Under the pieces are notes generated by a model. The model worked only from the letters and a program-made list of their open reading frames with translations, was not told the origin of the DNA and ran no database searches. Shown here piece after piece: positions 1 through 12,776 of a stretch of 64,000 nt of DNA. The translations under genes were made by a program, and so were the position numbers. Origin of the DNA: Neocallimastix sp. 'constans' (lineage: Eukaryota); contig JBODTK010000134.1 in NCBI GenBank assembly GCA_050613775.1, forward strand, positions 124,001-188,000. The letters are read 5' to 3'. Every line of letters begins with the position of its first letter. The first letter of the stretch is position 1.

Positions 1-237
1 TTCAATTAATTAAATTAAATATATACTTTTATTTTAAATTTTTACTTTTTTTTTTTTTTTTTTTATTTCTTTTATTTTTTTGCTTATTTTTTTTTCTGAT
101 TTATAAAATTTTTTATCTAATATAAAATTTATGTTTTTAAAAATTAAATATTAAGAATTTATTTATAAAGTAAATTAAAACTACTTAAAGCTTTTAAATT
201 ATTGAAATCTTTTGAAAATTTAAAGTTTTTGAATTAA

Positions 238-308
<71 letters not shown>

Positions 309-634
309 ATTAATTTTAATTTTAAAAAGTTATGATTGGTTGAAAATACTTTTTCAAAATGCAAATAGAATTCTAATAAATAGAATATTTATTATTAATA
401 TTAATAATAAAAAAATTTAAATAATAATAAGATTATAATTAATTAATTCTCGACTTTATTTTTATCTTTATCTGTACACTATATATTTAATTTCTTATAT
501 ATATATATTTATATATTTTTTATTTAAGTTTTTTCATTATTATTTTTTTTTTTTTGTAATTTTTTCTATTTTTATTTATAGAACATTAGTAATATATAAT
601 AATTTAGTTTATTTAAATATAGTTATATATTAAA

Positions 635-2107
635 ATGTCTACAGTGCATAAAATACAAGCCCTTCAAAAGAATATTAAAAATATTAGAAATATATGCATT
701 TTAGCTCATGTGGATCATGGTACATATAAATTAAACAAAGAAAATATCATTCATTAATAATCCATTTATTATCCATTTATTATAATGTTAATATAAAAAA
801 TTTAAAATCAAATTTTATTTTCAATTAATGATAAAATTAAATTTAATTAAACAAAGTATCTTAGATGACAAAATAATAAATATAATTAATAATTTAGTGT
901 TCTGCTTGAATTGTATAAATAAAACTATAAATTGTATTTTTATAGTTTTATTATTCAATTGAAATTGAATTTTATGTTAATTTCTTTATATATATATATA
1001 TTACAAATTATTATAATTATAAATTATTAAATATTAAAACATAATAAAGGAAAAACTACTCTTTCAGATAGTTTATTAGCCTCAAATGGAATTATTTCAG
1101 AAAGATTGGCTGGTAAAGTTAGATACTTAGATAGTAGAGAAGATGAACAAGAAAGAGGAATTACAATGGAATCTTCTGGTATTTCTTTATCTTTCCAAGT
1201 TTTAACAAATTATCTTAACAGTGAAACAAAGCAAAGTAGATTTCAAATATTAATCTTATTAAAAATTATATATTAGCATATATTATTAAAAAATTTTGTT
1301 TTATTTTTAATTATTATTTCAATACAAAATAATTTTTATTTTTTTTATTTTTATAGTTGAAATGAAAAAGGAGAATTATTTGATTAATTTAATTGATTCC
1401 CCAGGACATATCGATTTTTCAAGTGAAGTATCCATTGCGTCAAGATTGTGTGATGGTGCATTAGTTTTAGTTGATGTTGTTGAAGGTATTTGTACTCAGG
1501 TAAATATTTCATAAAAAATCAAACATGTTTTTTTTTTTTTTTTTTTTATATTTGTTTCATAATATTTTATTTATATGTTTATATTTTTTTTCGAAATGTA
1601 TAAGACACATACTGTTCTTCGACAAGCATGGGATGAAAATATTCGTTGTATCATTGTGTTTAATAAAATTGATAGATTAATTACCGAACTAAAATTAACA
1701 GCTACAGAAGCATATATTCATATAAGAAATATTCTTGAACAAATTAATGCAATTATGGGTTCTTTTTTTGCTGGTGGTGTAATGGAAGAAGATAATTTAA
1801 AGAGAGAGGTTCATATACTATATATTAATAGTAGATAAATTAATATTATATTAGATATTGGGAAATTAAATATTTTGGTATTTTATAGAATAAAAAAGGT
1901 GAAGATGACGGAGATGATGAGTGGGATGAAGAAAAGGAAAAAGAAATTTTCTTTTCACCAGAAAAAGGAAATGTTATTTTTGCCAGTGCTATTGATGGTT
2001 GGGCTTTTAGGTATATAAAAAATTTAAATAATGTTTTATGTTTAAGAATTTTTATATAAATGAAATTTTAAAACTTTAATATATTATTAATATTATTAAT
2101 ATTAAAA

Positions 2108-2141
<34 letters not shown>

Positions 2142-5100
2142 ATTATCATTATTAATATTTATAATATAGGATAGAATCATTTGCTAAAATTTATGCCAAG
2201 AAACTTGGAATCAAAGAAAATCTTCTTAAAAAGGTTTTATGGGGTGACTACTATTTAGATCCAAAAACTAAAAAAGTTATTGGATATAAGCACTTAAAAG
2301 GAAGAAATTTAAAACCAATGTTTGTTCAATTTATATTAGATAATATTTGGACCATATTTGAAGCTGTTGAAAACAAGTAATATATATATATTATTATTAT
2401 TAAAATGATTATTTAGTCATATTAATTATATAATTATGAATTATAATTTTAAATATATGTTAATTTCTTTCAAATAGTGATAAAGAAAAAGTAGATAAAA
2501 TTGTTAAATCATTAAATTTAAAAATTTTACCGAGAGACCTTAAATCAAAAGATACAAGAGCTATTCAATCAACTATATGCAGTACATGGTTACCATTAGC
2601 TCAAACAGTACTTTATATCCTTTTAAATAATAGTTAAAATAATTTAAATATAATATATAATATAATATAATATAATATAATATATTAGTAATAATTACAA
2701 ATACAAGTAATTTATTGTAATTGCTTTTATAAAATTATTTAACTATACTTATATTAATCCTTAACTGTTATGTATACATAGTATCGTTGAACAACTTCCA
2801 TCACCATTAGAAGCTCAAAAAATTCGTTTACCAAAACTTTTATATCCACAAAATATTAATAATAATTCAGATCCAGATTTAACAGAAAATCAAAAAAAAC
2901 TTGAAAAAGCTTTATATGAATGTGATGCAAGTGAAAATGCCCCTGTTGTTATTATTGTTTCAAAGATGGTTGATGTTAATGCTGAAGATTTACCTTCAAA
3001 TCGTAGAATCCAATTAACTGCTGAAGAAATGAGAGAAAATAGAAGAAGATTATTAGAACAAAGGAAATTGGAATTAGAAGGGCAAATCGAAGCCCCATTA
3101 TCTTTAAATGAAGTTCAAGCAACAACTCCTGTGGAAAAAACCGAAGATAATAAAGAAGAAGAAAAGAAAAAAGATAATATATTAGTTGGTTTTGCTAGAA
3201 TCTTTTCCGGTACAATTCATGAGGGTCAAACTGTTTATGTTATGGGCCCAAAATATGATCCAATGGATCCAACTAAGTTCTGTACTCAAGTTACTGTTAA
3301 AAACTTATATCTAATTATGGGAAAAGAATTAGAAGCTCTTACTTCAGTACCGGCTGGAAATGTATTTGGTATTGGAGGTTTGGATGAAGCTGTTTTAAAG
3401 AGTGCAACTATCTCAACTCTTACTGAATGTCCAAGTTTAATTAATGTTGATATGAAAGCACCACCAATTGTTAGAGTTGCTGTTGAACCATATGATCCAA
3501 GTAAAATATAATAATAATATATATATATATATATATTTAATTGTATATATTACTAAGTATAACATTAATTAATGGTAATAAACAATTTTATTCTTAATAG
3601 GTGATATGCCAAAATTAGTTGAAGGTTTAAAACTTCTCAATCAAGCTGATTCATGTGTTGAAGTTTTAATTCAAGAAACTGGTGAGCATGTTATTGTTAC
3701 TGCTGGTGAATTGCATTTAGAGGTTATAATTTATTTATTCATTTATTTATTCATTTATATATTTATTTACTTTATTTTATTTTATTTTATTTTATTTTAG
3801 TAATTATTGCATTTATATTAAATTTTTGATATTTATGTTATATTTTAAATAAATTGATTTTTAACAGAGATGCTTAAAGGATTTAAAAGAAAAATATGCC
3901 AAAATTGGTATTCATTCCTCAGATCCAATTGTTCCATATAGAGAAACATTATCAAATCAACCAGCTATTAATACTAATCCATTCCAAGAATATAGTGATG
4001 GTAAATTTTAATATTTTAATTTATTTATCCAATAGTACGAATAATGATATAAATAATATATAATTAATAATATATAATATATAAAAAGAGGAAGAAGAAG
4101 ATGAAGATGATGAAAATGATGAAAATGAAGGTAACAAAGCTAAAGCTTCTAAAAAGAATAACTTACCTATTGGTACAAGAATTCTTAATACATCCAAAAA
4201 TATGTGTACTATTCGCTTAAGAGCTGTTCCATTACCAGAAAAGGTTACTAAATATTTAATAGAACAATCTGAAACAATTAAAAAAATTATTGATCATTAT
4301 GATAATAGAAAAAAGAATATCTCAACAGGTAATGAATCATTAGATGAGCAGAAAGAAATTAAAGATAAAAATGAACGTGAAAAATTCTTAAACGAATTAC
4401 AAAAGATATTTGATGAATCAAGTCAAGATCCAGCAAATATTATTGATGGTAACAAACAATTCTGGAAGGATATTGTATCTAAGTAAATTTCATTAAACAT
4501 CGTAAACGAACATATATTTTATAAAAATTAAATATATTTATAATTAAATAATTATATAATTATTTATTTATATAATTATTTACATTACAAATATAATACT
4601 AATAATAAATTTTTTAAAAATTTTTTAAAAATTTTTTTTTTATTTTAATAAAAAGAATTTGGTCTTTCGGTTCTAAAAGAATTGGTCCAAATATTTTAAT
4701 TAATAATATTCCAGGATATGAAAGAACTCCGTAAATATATATATATATATATATGTATATTATAATAGTTAAAAAAAAAAAATATAATAAAAAAAAAATT
4801 ATAATAATAATTTATTTATTATTTATTAATATTATTGTTATTTAATAATAATAATGATATCAAAATAATATATTAAAAAGATGGTGTTCTGTAAATGAAA
4901 AAGTTGATAATGTAGTTAAAGAAGAAACTCAAAGTAAACTTTCAGTTAAAGATTTTGAAGGTAGTATTAATTCTGGATTCCAAATTGCTACAAATTCTGG
5001 TCCATTATGTGCTGAACCAATGATAGGTGTATGCTATATTTTAGAAAGTTTCAATGTTAATGTCGATCCAGACAATACCGACTGTAAATATATATGTATA

Positions 5101-5371
5101 GTTAATAAATTATTAGACATATATATAATTGATTATTAATTAAAATATATATATATTTTTTTAAAAAAAAATTTTTTTTTATAATATATTTAGCCCTTTC
5201 ATTAAGTACATTATCTGGTCAAGTTATTTCAACTATTAAAGAAGGATGTGCAAGAACTTTCTTACAGTGGTCTCCACGTTTATCATTGGCAACATATTCT
5301 TGTGAAATTCAAGCTACTGGTATAATATTTATATATATATATATATAATATATATTTAATAATAAATAATT

Positions 5372-5408
<37 letters not shown>

Positions 5409-5874
5409 TTTATACATACAAAAAAGCTGAGGTATTAGGTAAAATTTATGGTGTTCTTTCAAAAAGACATGCTAGAATTTATGAAGAAGATTTAAAGGAA
5501 GGTACGCAATTCTTCCAAATTAAATCCTTATTACCTGTTATAGAAAGTTTTGGCTTTGCTGATGGTAATACTTAATAATATTAATAATAATAATAATGAT
5601 AATAATAATAATAATTAAAATAAATTTATTAAAAATTTTTTATAAATTACTTTATAAATTAAAATATAGAAATTCGTAAAAGAACTTCCGGTGCAGCTAG
5701 TCCACAACTTCTTTTCCATGGGTAAATAGAGAATAAAAATAATATATTTCTAAAGATTTTTTTTTTTTTAAAAAAAAAAATAAATATTATTTATATATAT
5801 AATATTTAATATATATAATATTTAAAATATATTTATATAATTGATTATTAGTGGATTCATATTTATAAATAAAA

Positions 5875-5922
<48 letters not shown>

Positions 5923-6266
5923 AGTTATATTGTTTTAGATCAAGATCCATTCTGGGTTCCAAATACTGAAGAAGAACTTGAAGATTTAGGTGAAAAGGCT
6001 GATAGAGAAAATGTTGCTAAAAAGTACATGGATAGTGTTAGAAAGAGAAAGGTAAATAAACTAAAAAAAAAAAAAAAAAATTATTCTAATCTTATAAAAC
6101 AAATAAAGTGAAACAAAAAAAAAAAAAAATTAAAAATTAATATTTAAAAAACAATTTTATTTATTAATAAAATGTGTTATATTAAATTAATTTAATATAG
6201 GGTCTCTTCGTTGATAAAAAGATTGTTGAGCATGGTGAAAAGCAAAGAACATTAAAAAGTAAATAA
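635..6266 (+). CDS. EFL1: Elongation factor-like GTPase 1 (60S maturation, eIF6 release), about 18 exons
   Basis: Spliced translation: [104 protein letters not shown]-terminal [58 protein letters not shown]. The C-terminus is typical of EFL1/Ria1 rather than EF2. ATG at 635, TAA at 6264-6266. Confidence 0.95.
2615..2777 (+). other. U12-type (minor spliceosome) AT-AC intron in EFL1
   Basis: 5' end ATATCCTTT at 2615, branch site TCCTTAAC at 2758-2765, 3' end TAC at 2775-2777. Removal gives in-frame [19 protein letters not shown]. The nearby GT(2608)-AG(2781) alternative gives TAT CGT TGA, a stop. Confidence 0.9.
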
Positions 6267-6349
6267 GGCACACTATCAAATAAAAAATAATTGAATATCT
6301 TAACAATAACTCCCTTGAATTATCCTTTATTTTTATTAATACATTTTTT

Positions 6350-6405
<56 letters not shown>

Positions 6406-6530
6406 AAAGAAAAATTAATAATATTTTTAAAAAAAATCAAATAATTGAAAAAAATATATAATATATATTAATATATAATAATACTTTTTATATTTATGTA
6501 TATATATATATATATATATAATAAAATAAA

Positions 6531-6587
<57 letters not shown>

Positions 6588-6721
6588 TAAATAATAAACA
6601 AATAATAAATAATAAATAAATATTAAATTGTGATTAAAATAAAAAAAAAAATTGAATTATAAAATTATAAAAGATTATTTTTTTTTCTATTTCTATAATA
6701 TTTCATTTATATTTATATTAA

Positions 6722-7021
<300 letters not shown>

Positions 7022-7029
7022 TTGATTTT

Positions 7030-7340
7030 ATATGACAGTTTTTTTAATTCAACAAGTTGACAAATTTCATTCGGAATCATTTGATTAAAAGAATTGTTAT
7101 TTAACCATCTGTATTAATAAAATATAAATAATAATCTAATTAGTAATTTATTTTAATAGTAAAAAAAAATAATAGTATAATCTAAAATATATATATAAAT
7201 ATATATATATTACAATCTTCTTAAATTCTTTAAATTTCTAAAAGATTTTGGAATAACTCCAGTAAAGTGATTTTGATTTAAATATATAATCTCTTTAAAT
7301 TTAATAATTTTCCAATGGATTCTAGAATATTTCCTGATAA
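7030..7340 (-). pseudogene. Leucine-rich-repeat gene fragment (LxxNxFxGxIP type), frameshifted
   Basis: The minus strand gives LSGNILESIGKLLNLKRLY / YLNQNHFTGVIPKSFRNLKNLRRL, an intron, then WLNNNSFNQMIPNEICQLVELKKLS. There is a frameshift near 7285 and the fragment ends in the TTA array. Confidence 0.7.
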
Positions 7341-7425
7341 CATATTTTTATCCATTTTTCTTTATTTAAAGGAAATTTTAAAATATTTAAAATACCATTA
7401 AATAAAGAAATTTAAACATACAAAA

Positions 7426-7467
<42 letters not shown>

Positions 7468-7469
7468 AT

Positions 7470-7773
7470 TCGTCAATGATTGATTTTGGTAGAATTACTT
7501 ATTGCAGTTGTTTGAATATTCCATATTTTTAACCTCTGTATTAGCCGGGGAATATGAATTGTTGAAATGCTGAAAACCATGACAGACTTTAAAACTCATC
7601 TTAATTCTTTTTTTTTTTTTTTTTTTTTTTTATTTTTTTTTAATCCTATTTGAATTTGTTCTTTTTAAGAAGTCGGTAATGGTTCATTCCTGATTTCTTT
7701 ATTTTTTTTTTTTTTTTTTTTTAATTCTTATTCATTTCTTAATCATAAAAGAACACTTTTACATTATTCATGG

Positions 7774-7823
<50 letters not shown>

Positions 7824-8035
7824 CACATTAGATTAACAATACGAGAACATCAATAATTAAACTTTCAAGAGAAATATGAAAGTTTTTACTTGGAATATGC
7901 TCATTTTATACAAGTGCTCATACAATTAGAACAAATTAAATATCATTAGAACAAATTAAATATCAAGAAATTTAAATTTGGTTTTTAAAAACTTTTATTT
8001 AACATTGATCTCCACAGTATTCGTAATTTTATCTT

Positions 8036-8077
<42 letters not shown>

Positions 8078-8400
8078 GATTAAATAAATTAGATATGGAT
8101 TCAAATTTGAATGTAAAATATTATGTAAAAAGCAAAATGGTATCAGAAGATTGCCTTTTATGTTTCCCTTGTTGTGGTGTAAATCATAGTACACCTAGTT
8201 TTGAATATTGAATAAATTTATGTTCTAAATATATAGAATTTAGGTAACGATTCATTCAATTTGTTAATGAATTATTTTTATTAATTTTTCTTTAATGGAT
8301 AATTAGAAATCTTTGATTATTCCTATTAATGATAAAGAGGAAGAATTTTTATAATATTAATTTTTACATACTGTGTCTCCTTTCTTTACGGAAATGAAGT
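7470..8400 (+). mobile_element. Degraded non-LTR retrotransposon ORF2 C-terminal remnant
   Basis: KMVSEDCLLCFPCCGVNHSTPSFEY*INLCSKYIEFR at about 8130-8245 matches the zinc-knuckle segment at 26050-26150. It has stops and poly-T interruptions. The left boundary is uncertain. Confidence 0.6.
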
Positions 8401-8429
8401 ATAAGATAATAATAAAACATATATAAAAG

Positions 8430-8459
8430 ATTAAGTAAAATAAAAAAAAAAAATAATAA

Positions 8460-8508
<49 letters not shown>

Positions 8509-8774
8509 AATTAATAATAGAAAATTTAATGTAATAAAAGATAAAAAAAATAAGTTCAAAAAGTTAAAAAAAAAAAAAATTTTTTTGGTGTGATGTATAC
8601 ACATGTGTAGTAACATGATCACTATTTCAATCTTTAAAAATAATAAAATTAAAGAAGTTAATATCGTTAAAAATAGATAGTGTGATGCCCACTAAACTCT
8701 TCCCTGAACCACAAGAAAGATCATCAAAAATTGAATTACTTACTTTAGGTTCTTTGTTTGGAACTGTGTTTCAT

Positions 8775-8813
<39 letters not shown>

Positions 8814-8835
8814 CTAGGAAGAGAATAGAGAGTTT
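8430..8835 (-). mobile_element. Copy of the retrotransposon 3' UTR and tail found at 25120-25590
   Basis: Shares GGTGTGATGTA, AAATAGATAGTGTG, CCACTAAACTCT, CCTGAACCACAAGAAAGATCATCAAAAATT, GGAACTGTGTT and polyT-AGACTAGGAAG with 25140-25590. Confidence 0.75.
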
Positions 8836-9352
8836 CTTTGATAATTTTTAATTTGGATCTTTTGTTTTATTTACATTTTATTTTCATATAATTTACAAAT
8901 ATAATTAGCATTTATAAATATTATACATTTTTTTTTTTTATTATTTATTTATTTATTTTATTTTATTTAATTTTTTATTTTATTTTATTTTATTTTTATA
9001 TAAATTATTTAATTATTTGAATTAAACTTTTTTAATTCTTTTATACATAATTAAATGTTCATTACATTTTATTTATAATAACAAATGAATTATTATTAAT
9101 AAACTAAAATTTATTTATATATATATTTTTTTTCTTTGAGATGAAAAATATATATTTGCTGATGCGCTTACTAATTTAATTGTTTATTATAAGAAAAAAT
9201 ATAAAACTATTTTATATGTTATTTCTAAAAAAATATACATATATAAATAATAACTACATAAATTTTTACATTATATTAATAGGATAAACTACGATATAAA
9301 TGTTACTAAAATAAAAATTAAAAAATAAAAAACAATAATATAATTATTTTGA

Positions 9353-9392
<40 letters not shown>

Positions 9393-9478
9393 AAAAGTCC
9401 TTAAATTATATATTTTATGAAAATTTTGTTTAGTATATTATTATTATTTTAGTTTTTAGTTTTTATTTTTTTTTTATT

Positions 9479-10147
9479 TTAATAATCAATTTGTTGATTA
9501 TCAACAGTTTCTTCACTATCATATTTTTTTTCATCACTATCATATTTTTCATACGCTTCAATAATTCCATTGTCTAATTCATATTCTTGATTATTTAATT
9601 TATTTAAAATTTTGTATTCTTCGGCCATATGAATAGTGTCTTTTAAATAATCAGAAAGTGAACTAATTTCTTCAGTACTAGATTTTTGATAATCTTCTAC
9701 ACATTGTTTTGTTTCCTTTAAATAATCAACAAGAGAATTAATTTCTTCAGTACTAGATTTTTGATAATCTTCTAAACATTGCTTAGTTTCCTTTAAATAT
9801 TCAACAATAGATATAATTTCTTCGTTTATTGAAGGGTTACTTGTATTATTAGTATTTGGTAATGATTTTATGGAAGCGGCAGCAGCAGCAGTTTCCTTTA
9901 AATAGTCAGTTATAGAATTCATTTCACTACGCATATTATTAAGGGTTTGATTTAATTCTTGATTTTTTCTTTTTTCATTTTCTAATTCAACTAATAAAGC
10001 GGAATTAGTATTTTGAGATTGGACATTCATTTGTGCTAATTGAGCTTGTAATTGTTTAATGATTAAATCTTTTTCATTAATTACAGCTTCAAAATTATTA
10101 TTATTATTAACTTCAATGCTTCTATCTTGAATAATATTGGCATTCTA

Positions 10148-10201
<54 letters not shown>

Positions 10202-11789
10202 TTATTTAATTATAATTTTATTAATAAATAAATATAAATTAATAAAAATCATTCAAATTTATATATATATATATATATATATTTATATTTTAATATTATT
10301 TATTTAATTTTAATATTTACAGAATTATATTGTTGTTGCTTTTCTAAGTTTGAATTATATGTCAAATCCTAAATTATAATTAATTAATTAGAAAATTTTT
10401 TATTAATTTAATAAATTCTTTAATTATTATATAATTATTAATTTTTAAAAATATATATACAATAATTTGACGATTCATGACTGCTAATTTGTTACGATAA
10501 TTATCAATTTCAGAATCCTTTTGAACAATTTGTTTCTTTAATTGGTTAATTTCATCATTACTATTTAAGGTTAAAACCTATATTAACATATATTTAAATC
10601 ATATATACATTTTATTATCCCACGAATTATATATAAAAATATTATATCTTATGTTTATTCTTTACAAAAATCTATATATTTTAATATTTTAATTATATTA
10701 ATATTTATTAACTTACAGCTAATCTTTGGTTAAGATCAACAACCTTGTTCTTAAATCCACCTTGTTCCTTTTGAATAAGTTCTTTCTTTAAGTTGTTAAT
10801 TTCTTCGTTACTGTTTAAGGTTAAGACCTAAATTTTTCAAATTTAATATATATGAATATTATTAAATATAATGTCTATATTTGATTATTATTTTATCTTT
10901 TCTTTTAAATATTTTATTCTTCTTACAGCTAATCTTTGGTTGAGATCGATAACTTTGTTCTTAAAGCTACCTTGTTCTCTTTGAGCAAGTTCCTTCTTTA
11001 AATTGTTAATTTCTTCATTACTATTTAATGTTAAAACCTAATTTATATAAAATTTTATTTAAAATTTAAATATATATATTATTAATTACTTTTATCATTA
11101 TTATTTTATAGTTCTTTCAATTCCTTTATTTTATATTTTTAACTTACAGCTAAGTTTTGATTGAGATCAACAACCTTGTTCTTAAAGTCTCCTTGTTCTT
11201 TTTGAGCAAGTTCTTTTTTCAAATTGCTTATAATTTCATTATCATTTAAGGTTAAGACCTATATTTATAATATTTTAATTATATATTAATTATATATTTA
11301 TATATAATTTTTAAGTGATTACTATTAAATTTTTATTTATTAAATTAATTTACAGCTAATTTTTGGTTAAGATCAACGACTCTGCTTTTAAAGTTATTTT
11401 GTTCTTTTTGTGCAAGTTGTTTCTTTAAGTTGTTAATTTCTTCATTACTGTTTAAGGTTAAAATCTATTTAAATATATATTATATTTAAATATTTATTAA
11501 TTCATTACTTTTTTTTTTTTTTTTTATTTTTATTTATATATATATATATATCATTATATAATATTATATGATAATATAAAACATTTTTACTTACAGCTAA
11601 TTTTTGGTTAAGATCAACAACCTTGTTCTTGAAGTTACCTTGTTCTTTTTCAGCAAGTTCTTTCTTTAAGTTATTAATTTCATCATTACTATTTAAGGTT
11701 AAAACCTATTATTTTTAATAATATAATTGTTAATTAATAACATTAATTTATATAGTTTAAATATTGATATTTAATATTTAAATTTTATG

Positions 11790-11820
<31 letters not shown>

Positions 11821-12728
11821 TTTATTTATTTATTTATTTATTTATTGTTATTAACTATATTAATTATATATTACAGATAATCTTTGGTTAAGATCAACAA
11901 CTTGATTTTGAAGTTTTTGAATATATTCATTATTGTAACTTCCAGATTCAACATTCTTTGGTCTTTCATTAAACTCTAATGATAATTTCTATATAATTAT
12001 ATATAATAATCTAAAGTTAATATTTTCTGAAAAATGTTTAATTTTAATATTTTAATAAATATATTTAAATAAAAATTTAAAATATTTACAGCTAATCTAC
12101 TATTCAAATCAACAGCAAGATCACGGAAGTAATCAATTTTACTTTGATCTTCGTAAACAATTGTATTAACAACTTCTGGAACACTTCTTTCTTGTGAAAT
12201 TACATTAGTTTTTAATTCTTCATTTTCAACAAGTAATTCCTATTTATATATTTATTTATTGAATTATTAATATCAATCAATTTAAAAATTTAAAATATAA
12301 TATATATATATATATATATATTATATTTACAGAAATCTTAGAGTTTAAGTCAAGAACTAAACTTTGATAGTATTCATATCTTTCTGAATCAGTAATTTCA
12401 TCATTATTTCTTGGTTTATTAACCTCATTCATTTCTAAACTTAAAACCTATTTATTATTATTATTTTTAGTAGTATTATTATAATAAAATTAATAAAAAG
12501 TTTTAACTTCAAAAGATTACTTTATTATATATAAATATAATTTAAATATATATATATCAATTATATCAATGTACAGCTAATCTGGTATTTAAGTTTGCAG
12601 CCATTCTTTGGTAATATTCAATTTTATCATTAGAATTCTTAATTTCTTTATCCTTCTTGAGTAATACTTTGTTCTTGAAATCATTAAGTTCTAACGTTAA
12701 TTTCTATTATAATTTAAATATTTAAACC

Positions 12729-12776
<48 letters not shown>

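Noticed and set aside
635..6266. EF2 or Snu114 as the identity of the GTPase
   Set aside because: The C-terminal DPFWVP..EELE..GEKQRTL is typical of EFL1/Ria1, and the Snu114 acidic N-terminus is absent.
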